Source of the DNA: Protoeuglena noctilucae
Lineage: Eukaryota
Direction of reading: 5' to 3'
NCBI GenBank assembly: GCA_958009085.1
Contig: OY253673.1
Span: 372,001 to 436,000 of the forward strand
DNA length: 64,000 nucleotides
Shown: in pieces, positions 33,201-45,309 of the stretch
How the letters are laid out: each line of letters opens with the position of its first letter
Position numbering within the stretch: the first letter of the stretch is position 1
Program-made: the position numbers and the translations under genes
Notes under the pieces: generated by a model
Databases searched by the model: none
Told to the model about the DNA's origin: nothing
What the model saw: only the letters and a program-made list of their open reading frames with translations

Positions 33201-34142
33201 GTAGGCGCCAGCCTGTGCGGATCTGACGTTTTTCGATATGGTGAACAATCTCCGAGGCCTGGACTGTGCGACCTTTTAGATAACGGCGCGACCGATGACG
33301 AATGTGCTTGTGAGACCTGAACCCATTAGGCCAACGGACGCTCCCTTGGACCTATGCGGAGGACTCAAGCTATGCGGTTTCTTTCCGAGGTCGCGCCCGT
33401 GCCCGCCGCCCCCGCTCCCGTCGCCCCGCGTCCCCGCAGACACGCCGTGACGACGCCCGGTGCCCGCCCCTTGCCGCAGGTGTACCTCCTGAAGTTCGCG
33501 GACGCTTACTCGTCCATCTCGGTGCCCCAGCTGACGATGATGTTCCAGCTGCCCCGCGAGGAGGTGCTGACGATCGCGTCTCAGATGGCCTACTACAACG
33601 ACTTGGCGGGGTCGCTCGACCAGCCCAGTCAGACCATCGTCATCTCTCGCGTCCGGCCCAGCGAGCTCCACGCCCAGGCCCAGGGCGTCATCGAGCGCGC
33701 GCGCCACATCGTCGAGATGAACGAGCGGGCCCTCCAGGCACGGCCCGCGCCTCGCTCCCTTTGTTGCCCGCTCGCGCGCTGCCCCCCTGGCCCGGCTTGT
33801 GCACCGCCGCTGCCGACGTCCGCGAGACATGCGCCTGGGTGTTCCCTGCAGGTGCGCCTGGGTGGTCTCCAGGACCAGGACGAGGAGGGGCGGCCGATCG
33901 ACCGGGCGGGCGACGAGCGGGGGGCGCGGCGGTCGCGGATGCGGGGGGGGTTCAGCCACCAGCGCATGCGGCAGTTCGTCCAGGGGGAGCGCATGCCGCG
34001 GTCGGAGTTCGCGCTGCGGGGGCGCGGGCGCGGCCGGGGCTCGCGGGGGCGCGGGATGGTGCGACTGGAGGGGCTCGGGCGCTTCCGGGTGGGCGGGCCG
34101 GGGCGGGGCGCCCAGGGCGCCGCGGCGGCTGCGCGCGACTGA
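30254..34142 (+). CDS. eIF3c: Eukaryotic translation initiation factor 3 subunit C, spliced
   Basis: MASRFW + acidic Ser tract, NAKALNTLRQRLRK, ERLDEELFKCLQHTDPHTNEY, QILFNRAMA, RRRQMPFHMHINLELME, GPPETVRDH, PCI domain and RG-rich tail. Confidence 0.95.
33173..33259 (+). ncRNA. Intronic box C/D snoRNA, predicted guide for LSU rRNA A-loop Um (yeast U2921 / E. coli U2552 equivalent)
   Basis: Terminal stem ggcc/ggcc, box C GTGACGA (33178), box D CCGA (33252). Guide ggtgaacaatc is complementary to conserved LSU GAUUGUUCACC, and the D+5 rule lands on the U of UGUUC. Confidence 0.75.
33285..33397 (+). ncRNA. Second intronic box C/D snoRNA candidate, target not identified
   Basis: 9-bp perfect terminal stem ggcgcgacc/ggtcgcgcc, box C ATGACGA (33295), internal CTGA (33317), box D CCGA (33385). 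Same architecture as the upstream unit. Confidence 0.65.
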
Positions 34143-34510
34143 GGGCGAGGCCATTCGGCGTAGCGGCTCCGCCGGCTGTATGCGCTGGCTTGCAGCATCG
34201 CGATACGGCCGGCACGCCCTTTGAAAGCAGCGTGAGACCGTCGGTCAACTGTGCCAGAGGCGCTGCGCTCAAGCGCGCTCAGCCCGCACCCGCCGACAAG
34301 AGTGATTGGCACCAGCACGTCCGCAAACCTGCGTACTGACGAGCTGCGGTGGCTGCCTGGCGGGGGGCTTGGTCAACGTACAACAGGGGCCACGGGGCCA
34401 AAATTCTAAGGAAAAGCGGCGTGCGGTCGCCTCCAGTCGCATCGCGCGAACGTGTGAAACTTCCGCATTGTGATCGCGGCGCCGTCGTCTCTCCAGGCGT
34501 CCCAGGGGCC

Positions 34511-37500
34511 ATGGGGCCCCTGCGTGTTGCCATGGGCCAAGGTGGGGCCGGGCTGCGACTTTCTTTACCCGATTATGCTGAGCATGTGATACTTGTACTG
34601 GACAGCTTCACGTTCGACGCGCTTGACGCACTGCAGGGGCCAGGGTTCTTCTGGGGAGCGGCGGAGAGTGCGAGCAGGTGTACGGCTTCATGCCCTGGTG
34701 AGCGTCCACGTGACTGCGACAGTCAACATATAATCGCAATTAACACAATTCACGCACAGCTGCACAGACGGTTCCTCGCTCCCCCGTCCCTCTGCAACGG
34801 TCCCTCGCTCCCCCATCGCTCTGCAGCTCCGTCAACGTCGTGGGGTCGCTGTTTCTCATGGCCGCATACGGATATGTCCTTATTCAAGGTGCCCGCGTCG
34901 CGTCGTCCGTGAACCGCGAAATTCCGCTGCGCCGGAGTGGGGGCCCGGTCACGTGCCGACGTCGACCCTAACGTTGCACATCCGCAGGAGCCCAGCTCAT
35001 CGGTGACGGCTCCGAGATGCTCCTGCACGTCATGCACCCGGGCATCATCGGGGGCCTCGTCCTGCCCATCCTCGGCGCCCTGCCCGACGCCATCATGATT
35101 GTCGTGTCCGGCCTGGCCGTGCCTCAGGACCAGGCGCAGGAACAGCTGCAGGTCGGCGTCGGGACGCTGTGCGGCAGCACCATCATGCTCCTCACGGTCG
35201 CCTGGGGCGGGTCCCTGCTCCTCGGCCGGTGCGACTTCGGGCAGCGGGGCCACGCCATTGACGGGCGGCTCAAGCGGCCCAAGGACCTCTTCCGCACGGG
35301 CGTGACCTGCGACGCGGTGACCAGGAACGGCGCCAGGATCATGCTGCTCACCGTGCTCCTCTACCTCATCGTCCAGATCCCCGCGTCTGCCGACAACGTG
35401 CACGACCCCACCGCGGCCCTGGCCGGGGCCATCGTGTGCCTCGTGTCGGTGGCCTTATACGCGGCATACCAGGTGATGATGGGCGGTCGCAAACCTGCTC
35501 ACATTTGCTGGCTGCGCCCTGGGCCGACACGCTCCAAGCCTGGGGCGGACCGAGTTGCCACACTTGCCTGCCGATCCCTGGCTCGCTATTAACTCGATGA
35601 CCTCTTGGGGACCATTGCTCTGCAGGTGCTCTACCCAGAGCTCCAGAAGAAGAAGATGAAGGCGGCGCACGAGCGTTTCATGCGCAGCCACGCCATCGCC
35701 ATGATCTCCCAGCAGATGGGAGGCATCCTCGACGCCACCGGCAGCGTGTCGAGAGCCAAGGCGAGTGCTGCGTTCGCGCCACTGCAGCGCACCGACTGGC
35801 AGTGCACTGTAGGTGCCAGTGGCTGGCCCTGCCAGGCCGCTGCGGACTGCGATCGATGTTGCCTGCCAATTGCACGCGTCTCCTCGTGCGCAGTGCGACA
35901 AGCTGTTCGACCAGTTCGACGCGGACCACTCTGGCGCGATGGACGCGGCGGAGCTCCGTGCCATGCTCACGGGCCTGACCATTGCTCTGGGCGACGACCC
36001 CTCCCTAGAGCTGCACATCACGCACTGGTAAGCGTCACTCACCAGTCGCATGCCCAAGAATCAGCACACTAACCCAGTTGCAGGGGGCAGGATGGCTGGT
36101 GGCGTGCACGTTGACTGTTGGCCGTGGGTTTTTTCCGTGGCGACCAGGGATGCACGGGTCCACTGACGCATGGCGGGGTCTGTTGCTGTGTCCCAGGATG
36201 TCTGAGTTCGATACGGACGACGGCGGGACGGTCGACAAGGACGAGTTCTTCAAGGGGCTAACCAAGTGGGTCGAGGAGAAGCGAGTGCGGTCCACCAACG
36301 CGGGGTGGCTGGAGCGCGTGGGGACCAACCCCTTAGAGGACGCGGACACGGACGAGCCTCTGGTGGAGGACCAAGATCCTGAGGCCGCATCGGTGAGTCG
36401 GGGCATTCCCAGGGAGCATGTCGCTGCGTACCGCTGGCGGGGCTGGTGGCAGCGCGAGTGTGGCAGGACGGCCGCGCATGCATGCGAGAGCTATTCGCCA
36501 CGACACATGGGGCTGGCGAGGCGGAGTTGCCGTAGAGTCTTGCTCAACCTCGCCCACTGCGAACATCATGATCCCTTCTCATGGGTTTCGTGTGGGGTGG
36601 CCATGCAGGGGACCTCTGGAGCGCAAGAGGGGGGAGAGGAGGAGGAGGAGGAGTTCGCGGGGTGGTCGAAGATGAAGATCGCGGCCGTCGCAGTGGCCAA
36701 GCTGACCCTGGGGACCCTGGTCAGTGCGCGGTGGCTGCGTCTGTCCCACCTGCCTGACTTCTTGCACGTGTGCGTGGGAGCCCATTTCTCCTCAGTTCCG
36801 GCGCTCAGTCATTGGACCGACACTTGTCTCGGCCGCTCACATCGCATCGTGTCGCACAAGTCCCGCTCACACCGCCCCCGCAGATCTGTGCGGCGTTTGC
36901 TGACCCGATGGTCGGGGCCGTGTCGGGCTTCTCCATCGCCAGCGGCATTCCCAAGTTCTTCATCTCGTTCATCGTCACGCCCATGGCCTCCAACAGCTCC
37001 GAGCTCCTCTCCAGCTTCCAGTTCGCACGCAAGAAGCGCCGCGAGAACATCAGCCTCACCTTCAGCCAGGCGAGACTTGGAGCATAGTTGACTGGTTTGT
37101 CGGCTTGTCTGTCCCTGCACCTCGGCCGTCGCTGCCGGTCACTGATGCACAGCGGCGCCCTGTCATTTGCTCTCTGAGCGCCCACAGCCTTGGCCGTCGC
37201 AGGTGTACGGTGCGGCTACGATGAACAACTGCCTGTGCCTGGGCCTCTTCCTGGTGGTCGTCTACATCCAGAACCTCGCATGGGAGTACACCTCCGAGAC
37301 CATCGTGACCATCGCAACCACCGCGCTCGTCGGCATCATGGCGTGGAGCCGCAGGGACTTCCCCACCTACATGGCACTCATCGGTGAGCGGCGAGCAGCG
37401 CTGGCGGGGCGTGAGGCGCTCCTGTCGCTGTGACAAGACGCCCATCGTGGCGCAGTGCCTTGTGAAAGACTGTCACGACATTGTCGGCGCAATGATCCAC

Positions 37501-37643
37501 AACAGCACTCAGTGACGGCAGCCAGGCTCGGTCTGACGCCCTGACACTCTGCGCACCTGGTGTCGATGCCCGCAGTGCTCTTCATGTGGCCCTTCTCTGT
37601 CCTCGTGGTATGGTTCCTGGACCATGTCGTGGGGCTGAAGTAA
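34511..37643 (+). CDS. NCL-type Na+/Ca2+ exchanger-like protein with EF-hands, spliced; start uncertain
   Basis: GSEMLL..MHPGIIGGLVLPILGALPDA, GTLCGSTIMLLT, EF-hands DADHSGAMDAAEL and DTDDGGTVDKDEF, FADPMV, TPMASNSSE, SLTFSQVYGAATMNN. Confidence 0.92.
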
Positions 37644-37846
37644 CTCAGACAGACGCGCCTAGGCTCGCCCAGCGTTGCGTGCATGTGATTCGTGCACCTG
37701 ATCCCTATCATCTGTTGCAAGGCTCGTGCAGGCCTAGGTGACGACAACCACCCCGTAGGCAGCTAAAATACCTTTAGGGGTAGCTCAGCACCCAGTTTAT
37801 AGCTTCAAAGCCTTTAAGAGCAGGTATCAGCGTCGCCCCAGCCGCC

Positions 37847-39283
37847 TCATGGGGACCCCACCGTGCGCTTGGCACTGGCGAGTGTGTTTTGCAGCAACAT
37901 GGCGATGGTCATGGGGCCCACGCCCCCAGGCACGGGGTTGATGCCGGACGCCACGGCCTTGCAAGACTCGAAGTGGCAGTCGCCCACCAAGCGGTACCCA
38001 GCTTTTTTGGATGGGTCGTCCACTGGGTTGGTCCCCACGTCAATCACGACCGCCCCAGGCTTCAGCCAGTCCCCTCGGATCATCTCCGGCCGGCCCGCCG
38101 CGGCGATCACGATGTCTGCGCTGCGCACGGTGGATGCGAGGTCGGCCGTGCGCGAGTGGGCGATCGTGACGGTCGCATCGCGCTTGTTGAGGAGCATGGC
38201 GGCCGGCATGCCGACGATGTTGGACCGCCCCACCACCACGGCGTTCTTCCCCCGGATGTCCACCCCGCAGCGCTCGAGCAGCACCATGCAGCCTGGGCGA
38301 CACGGGACGGGAGAGCAGGGTGCATTAGTCTCAGCTGGGGTCGCCGGACCGTGAAACCCTGTGCCGGCGCGGCACAGCGTCCTTACCGAGAGGGGTGCAG
38401 GGCACAAACAGCGGCTCCCGGCCCTTCATCGCGAGCCTGCCGATGTTGAGCGGGTGGAAGCCATCCACATCCTTGTCAATGCTAATCTCGGCCAGCACCG
38501 CCGCCTCGTCGATGTGGCCGGGGGGGGGCAGCTGGACCAGGATGCCGTGCACGGCGGGGTCGGAGTTCAGCTCGCGGACCTGCGACACACCGCGGCGCGC
38601 TCGCCACCTGAGACGTGGCCCAGGCGCGACGTCCCGCTCCTGACGGTGCGATGCCACATCTGTTACGCCGCGATTGGGACCTAGCAAACGCCCGTATCGT
38701 CTTCAGCTTGCATGACAGTCGAGGCACTCGCCTTCGCCAGCAAATCCTCCTGGGTGACGCTCTCAGGGAGCTCCGCCTTGACGGAGTGGATGCCGACCTC
38801 CTCGCAGGCCTTGTGCTTCATCCGGACGTACGTCTGGGAGTCCTTGCGCTCGCCCACGATAACCACTGCAAGTCCCGGCACCTGAGTATCGCGCAAGCAG
38901 GCGCCGTTGCGAGCGGGGCCCCGGTCGTCGTAGCAATACGCAACAGTCACTGGTTTCCTCACCTTGCCCGTCCGCTCCTTCATCGCAGCTACCTCGGCAG
39001 CAATCTCCTGACGAATGGCATCTCCGACCGCCTGCAGGGGTGGAAGGAAGTCACGCAGCGGCGTCAATCGCGAGGGATTAACCACGGGTGTGGAGCCAAG
39101 CCAGCGTGGCTGCGATGGTTCACCGATGGCGCTTTCGACCACGCCAATGCCTCGTCTGCTTGCGGAAGCGGCTGAGTGGCAGCGGTTCGGCGTCCACCGC
39201 GCCGCCCGGCATGCGCAGCGCACCTTGCCGTCGATGACGTTCCCATCGCGGAGAAACGGGCACTTGGGGTCCACCAGGGCCAT
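37847..39283 (-). CDS. folD: Bifunctional methylenetetrahydrofolate dehydrogenase/cyclohydrolase, spliced
   Basis: [72 protein letters not shown]. Confidence 0.96.
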
Positions 39284-39478
39284 GGGGACGGCGAGAGGGT
39301 CAGACAGGCCAAGCGAAGGGCCCAGATGAGGTGAGGTGCTGGGCACCAAGCTCAGGAGGCTGGAAATTCACCACAAGAGAGAATCCGACGGCGATTTTCT
39401 TCGACCCCACGCTGTCGGATGAGTCCAAGAGTTACACACTTGCTTTATCATCGGGAAAACCTCGAGTCTGGCGTCAGT

Positions 39479-39610
39479 AGGATCATCCCCGTGATACCCA
39501 GGAATCGTGGGGATCATCCCGCTGATCCCGGGGTATCAGAGGGATCATCCCAGTGATCCCACTGACGACACAGACTGTAATGTAAACCCTCATTGAGCCC
39601 AGTGATTCCA
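39479..39610. repeat. Left subterminal 9-bp repeats (gggatcaNN / NNtgatccc)
   Basis: ggatcatcc ccgtgatac ccaggaatc gtggggatc atcccgctg atcccgggg ... Confidence 0.8.
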
Positions 39611-40870
39611 GCCGCGCGCCCGATCTCCCTGGGGAGGCCGTTTTACGCGGCGCGGTTACGGCCACGGCGCACCCGGGATGCGAGAGGCCGCTGGGAGCAG
39701 TTTCGCGGCATTTCGTCGTGGTCGGGGATCGCGGGGAGCGGGGCCCACTCGGGAGCGCAGCGGCGCCGGAAGCGTTAGCCGAGGCTATCCCGCCGCCTAT
39801 CTTCCTTCTCGGCCGCGATCAGACCTATCTTGATCGCGATCGGACGCATCTTTTGGGCACGCGCGCTCCGGGGCCCGCGCGGCCCGGGGGGCTCCGTTCG
39901 GCCCGTAATCGCTCCCTAGCGTAGCTATTGGTATTTCAATCCCTACGCCGAGGTTACATGACCATCCGTGACGCTCTAGGCAACGCACTCATGCACGCAC
40001 ATGCAGCCGGACTCGGGCGGCCGCAGGCGCGACGGGAGCGCGCAGCGACCACCGCCAGAGGCACCGACCGCTTGTTCCGGACGCTGCCGCTCCATCGGGG
40101 ACCGGCGCTCCGGCACTCGGGCCAGGCACTCGGGAGATGGTGGCGTGCGCGACTCCGCCGTGCCGACGGCCGCCCCAGGAGTCGATGACCACCGCTGCGG
40201 GGCGCCGCGGACGCCAGACGACAGACAAGGGGCATGGGTCGGCGGACGAGCCATGGCGGGCCCGGCCAGCACCCGACCAGCGCCGGAACTTGGGACGAGG
40301 TGGCACGTGCGCCTGCGTGCTTGTTAGGCGAAGTTAGAGTCAGTCTCGGGGTGAGAGAGTGCAGGCACGGTGCCAGGTACAGTAAGCAAGTACAGAGATA
40401 CCACGCTGGCGGACCAGCCCTTCGTCCCTCCCAGCCAACCAACCCCCCCTTGCACACCTGACCGTGTCGCAGACCCCACCGGTAGCGCAGCAGACCAACC
40501 GCGCACCTCGGGGACAGCGACAATGTCCGACCTGATCTAGTCATGCGTATGCTGCATCTCACCTCACGGGAGCTGGCCCCTCCCCTCCCCAGCCACGTCA
40601 GCACACCTCGCAGATGGCTCAGCAGCAGGCTGCACTCTCACCCTAGAGAGGGACGATGATCCAGCGCTGTTCGCACCAGCAGCGCCGAGCCTCGCCTGTG
40701 CGCGGTGCTGTCGCTGCAGCCCTGCAATCCACCCCCGCTTGCCTGGAGGACTGACGACCCCTGAGCCTGCCTGACCCACAGAGCGCGCGCTGGACTTTCC
40801 TCACCTCCGCTTCCACGCCCTCACCATGCCCGCCTTGAACCCTGCATCGCAACCTGCGCTGCAGCTCACC

Positions 40871-43800
40871 ATGCTCGAATGCGACGCGTGTGGAACGCAA
40901 TTCGATACCCCGGCCAAGCTCGCCCGGCATCAGCAAAGATGCCCTGCGCTGTGGGGCTGGAGATATGGCGAGGAGAGCCGCCAGGAAGCACCCCGCCCCG
41001 CCGCCCCACACGAACACTATGTCTCTCCGTCTCTGCGAGGCTCGGACGGGCTGGCACGCGACAGCGCCAGCGCGGGACCAGACCAAGAACTGCGGGAGGA
41101 AGACGGGACGGCGGACGTTGCTGCGGGCAGTGATGGCGAGAGCGAAGATGTAGGACTCGCGTGGCTCCACTACGCCGACACGGACGTGGACATGGACGTG
41201 GACATTGACTCGGAGAGGGGTGAACCGCCCGAGAGCGCCGGAGCGCATGATGCGCCCCAAGAGGACGCTCCTGGAGTCTCCTACCTTCCTGCGCCCGGGG
41301 AGTACGAACCGCTGAAGCTGCCGGAGGACCTGGAGGCATGGCGGGCCAGGAGCAGGGACAGTGACGATGAGTACCTGAGCCAACTTGAAGCAGGGGCGCA
41401 GTTCATGGCATCGCTGACGGCAGCGCATTTCGATTGCTTCGTGAAGCTGCGCCCCGACATCCGCGACGACCTTCTCGACCTCGGGCGCTCCCACCGCACG
41501 TTCCACACCTCACTCAACAGCATCCATGGCCAGTACGAGGTGCGTCACGCCGCGGTGCCGCTTGTGTCGAGGGCCTCGGACGCGGCCGAGGGGGCTGACG
41601 CCAACCAGTGCACGCACGGCCTGCAGGTTTTGCAAGAGGAGGGCAGCACAACCATCATCTACCAAACGATAACGGTGCTGAGGGACATGCTGGTGCACAC
41701 GGAGCAGATCAAGCCCAAGACGCTCGTTAAGTTGATGCGAGACTTCAGCGAGGCACGGGAACGGTCACGCCAGGCGCGGGCGAGACCACATGAGACGCAT
41801 CCCAGCATCCACGAGAAGCTCACCTTCTCCCGGGCGAAGGGGTATAGCGACATAGCCGAGGCTGTCGCTGGCAAAGTCCGCCCCGAGCTGCACGCCCGGC
41901 TGCTCCTCGTGCCCGTCGCGTACAGCATCGACGGGGTGGAGATGACCAAGGGCGCATCGACGACGCCCATCCACATGCACCTCCTGTCGCCTTGCAAGGC
42001 CGTGAGGACAGGGACGCCGCGAACCGTGGCCACCGTCGAGTCCATGAAGGCGAGAGGAGGATTGCCGGCGTTGCAGCCCACACGTCCACCACCACGCCGC
42101 GTGTATGAGTTGTCGCTCGAGGCCCCCGCAGGTGTCCGGGATCACTCCGGGGTCACAGGCAGACCTGAACAACAGAGAGGCCATCCAGCGGCGGCTGGCT
42201 GCCGTGGACCGGCAGCTGATTGGCGTGGCGAGGTCCGGTGGGGTGTGGATGACCCTCCCCGACGTCGGGAGAGTCATCGTCTTTCCCGTCTTGGCGGCGC
42301 AGCTGAACGACATGATGGCCAACTCGTCCACGCTGGCCGTCAGGTCGTGCCCGCTGTGCCTCCAGGATGACTGCCGCACGCCTCGCACCGTCGCGCTGCA
42401 TCGCCTCCAGGTGCAGCACATCCTGCGCTTGAGGAGGGACGTGGGGACGGCCAGGGCCAACGAACAAGCCAGGGAGAGCAAAATTCATCCTGTGGTTCCT
42501 GCCCTGTCGTACTGGGACGAGTTCGGGTCGGACTTGTATCAGGGCCAAGCACCTGACCCCATGCACACCGTGGAACTGGGAATGTTGGGCAAGACTGTTC
42601 CCTTCTGCATACTGACCGTCCTCTACAACAACGCGGCAGCGGGAGAGTCTGCGACAAAGGCAAACGCCCTCTTGGCTGCGTTCGCATCGATCATTGCGGA
42701 TGCCAAGGTGAGCTGCAGGTCAGGCAATGGCGTGCGTTGCCTGCAGTGGCGCCGCAGCTGCTCGGTATTCACCTGGCATGTCCATCGTCGTGTGGGTGGA
42801 GCGCAGGCCCCGGCATGGATCCACGCCCGTCCGTGGGGCGAGACCTTCCAGATCGTGCTGAGCCTCGTGGACCCGTTTGGGAAGATAAAGGCGTACGAGG
42901 CGAGGTTCTTGATCCAAGCTCTGCCTTTCGCCCTCGTCGAGCTCTTCTCTCGAGGCGAGGCCGACAGTCAGCGCTGCGAGGGCATCGGGAGGAGCTGCGG
43001 GTATCGCGATGCGGGCCGGGGAACCCCGGGAGTGTTTCCCCACCACCACATCCCTTGCAGAGCCTACGGGCAGCAAAGACGTGCACGACGAGAGGGTTGG
43101 GCTCGTGGCCGTAGCCCTGGCATGCCTTCAGCTCTATGCCGAATGGTCCCTGGAGAGCGCCACCATCGCAGGGGCGCAGGCGGCGGACGCGCAGCTGAAT
43201 AAGGTCCTCCACGTGAGGCCTTCTCCAACACCAGCCCCATCGTTCGCTGCCCCTTACTCACTCTGGAAGCCTTGTCGCTGCCGTGTCGCCGCAGGTCGTG
43301 CTCAAGACGCTGCTGCGTGGCCACGAAATCGTCCGCACGGAGAAGCCCCTCTTCAGCAAGATCGAGAACAGCCAGAAGTGCCACGCGCTTTCGCATTTCC
43401 CTGCAGTGGTGGCGAGGAACGGCTCCATCATGTTGGGCAGCATGAACGACGCCGAGTGCATGCACAAGCCCATTGCCAACGCGCGCACGAACGGCAAGGG
43501 CGACGTGCAGGTACAGGCAAGAAGCGCCGCCCAGCGTAGGCGACGCGGGGAAGCCCACGCAGGACGCGTTTCTTGCGACTCACACGTCTCGATGCGGTCG
43601 CACGGCGCTCGACCCGCGTGCCATGCTGAGCCGCGCTGGACTGACCCCCGAGCCCTGTCGCAGGCGAGCACCAGCGTCATCTCTCAGAGGGCGGCCTCCG
43701 TCATCAAGAGCCGGGCGAGGGCGGAGCAGCCGGTCCCGTCCCAGCCCGAGGACCAAGTGAAGGGCGTGAAGACCGTCCTGAAGAAGAACGACCTGTGCAG

Positions 43801-44329
43801 CGAGGGACGCGCGGAAGACTTCGTTTCTAAGGCGGACCTCCTGAACGCCCTCAAGGGCGCGGGGCTTCCCTGCCACGTCTTGGGCGAGGTCGCGCTGACC
43901 TCCACGGTCGAGATCGGGACGGCCAGCGGGGACCGGGCCAGGATCGTCGCCACCGACGAGACCCTGTCCTTCGTCGAGTACCTCCCGGACAGGGGCACGC
44001 TGCAGACGGGCAGGGTCGTGTGCGGGGTTGAGGCGAAGACCAGCTCCGGTGCCGGGACCTTCCTCTGCGCCCTGGTGGCCCCGGTGCACAGGGCCCCATG
44101 CGACCTGAGGTACCTGTCCAACCAGTGCTTGTCGTTCTACACCAACCTGGGAGCGCTGCAGCCTCCCCAGCTGTCGCTCCTGGAGCCTGCGGAGGGCGAG
44201 GCTCTGAAGTGCGTGCCCCTCCGCAACCTTCGGCGGCAGCTTCACGCCGTGAAAGTTGCTGGGAAGCTTCTTCACTGCGGCCACGTGCAGCAGGTCTGGG
44301 AGCACCACGCCAGCGGCGGCGAGGAGTAG
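40871..44329 (+). CDS. Plavaka-type DDE transposase with N-terminal zinc finger, spliced
   Basis: CDACGTQFDTPAKLARHQQRC; VPVAYSIDG..PIHMHL; GVWMTLPD..VFPVLAAQLND...CPLC; PDPMHTVELG; KCHALSHF...NG....DAECMHK. The motif order matches Plavaka transposases as recalled. Confidence 0.78.
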
Positions 44330-44873
44330 GTGACCCCAGGAGCTCCCCGATGCTCGCGGTGCCAGGTCCCCGACGCCGGCGATGTCATCTGTATCGAGAT
44401 AATTCTCCGAAGCCAGCCCCGCGCCCCCATCCGCAGCGCCATGACGGCGGGGACGGCTCACCTCCCATGCAGCAGCCACCTCCGTGCGGCGTAGCCGGCA
44501 AAGGCGCCGCAGCTAGCGAGATTTAGGTCACCTCAATCCATAGGCCAAGCGCTGCGTGCCCGATCGCGGCCGCGGCGGCGGTAGGCCTGGTCGAGCACGG
44601 GGACCTCCCCGGCGCCCCCGGGGGCCCGGCGAGCCCGCGAGCTCCCGCTCATCGCATAGATATGGACATCTCACGTTGAACAGCGGCGGCGCAGGGGAAG
44701 CGGACCCCGGATGCGTCGACGGCCCCCGTCTGCATGCTGGAGCAAGCTTTAGGACGCGAGAGGGGCCTCCGAGGCAGTCATTAGCACCAACTAGCAAATG
44801 TGCGGTCTCTCCGCCTCCTCTCGAGCCCCCTGAGCAAACGCGGGGGCGCGCACGCGCGTCAGGGCCGCGGCCC

Positions 44874-44990
44874 GGGATCGCTGGGATCACTGCGGCAGTG
44901 GCGGGGATCGCCGGGATCACGGGGATGATCCCGGCGATTCCCGGGGATCACTGGGATGAATCCAGTGATTCCCGCGATCCTTCTGATCCG
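44874..44990. repeat. Right subterminal 9-bp repeats (gggatcRcN and inverse)
   Basis: gggatcgct gggatcact ... gggatcgcc gggatcacg gggatgatc ... gattcccgc gatcc. Confidence 0.8.
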
Positions 44991-45309
44991 AGTGACGTCA
45001 AATCGCCGGGTTTTCCCGATGATCGATGAGCTAGTGCGATAGCAACGCCTAGTCCTGCCTTGTCAGTCACATGCAGTGGGTCACCCTCGTCGCATGCAAG
45101 TCTGGGCATTAGACTTTGCCCTTCATGCCCAGTGGGATGCGCTAGTCACCTGTGCCCACCCACTACGGTCCAGCCAAGCCTGTATCCTTCCTCGAGAGCA
45201 ACCGTAACCCCGCCCTCGCCACATCCCTGCTAGCCACACGCCGTGCCGCCTGCGGTCCACTGTTGGCTACTTCCACATATCCTCGATTTGGTGGCGTGGT
45301 CGGGCGGCC

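Larger units (their letters stand above)
39449..45021 (+). mobile_element. Plavaka-like (CMC/EnSpm group) DNA transposon, apparently full length (5573 bp)
   Basis: 13-bp perfect TIR catcgggaaaacc / ggttttcccgatg with degenerate extension. Flanked by AT on both sides (39447-8, 45022-3). GATC-rich subterminal repeats and an internal transposase gene. Confidence 0.85.

Noticed and set aside
37773..37779. TTTAGGG telomere motif
   Set aside because: Single copy, expected by chance.
39928..40461. Second (cargo) ORF inside the DNA transposon, e.g. TET/JBP
   Set aside because: Only short low-complexity ORFs, and no 2OG-Fe(II) HxD...H or other motif was seen.
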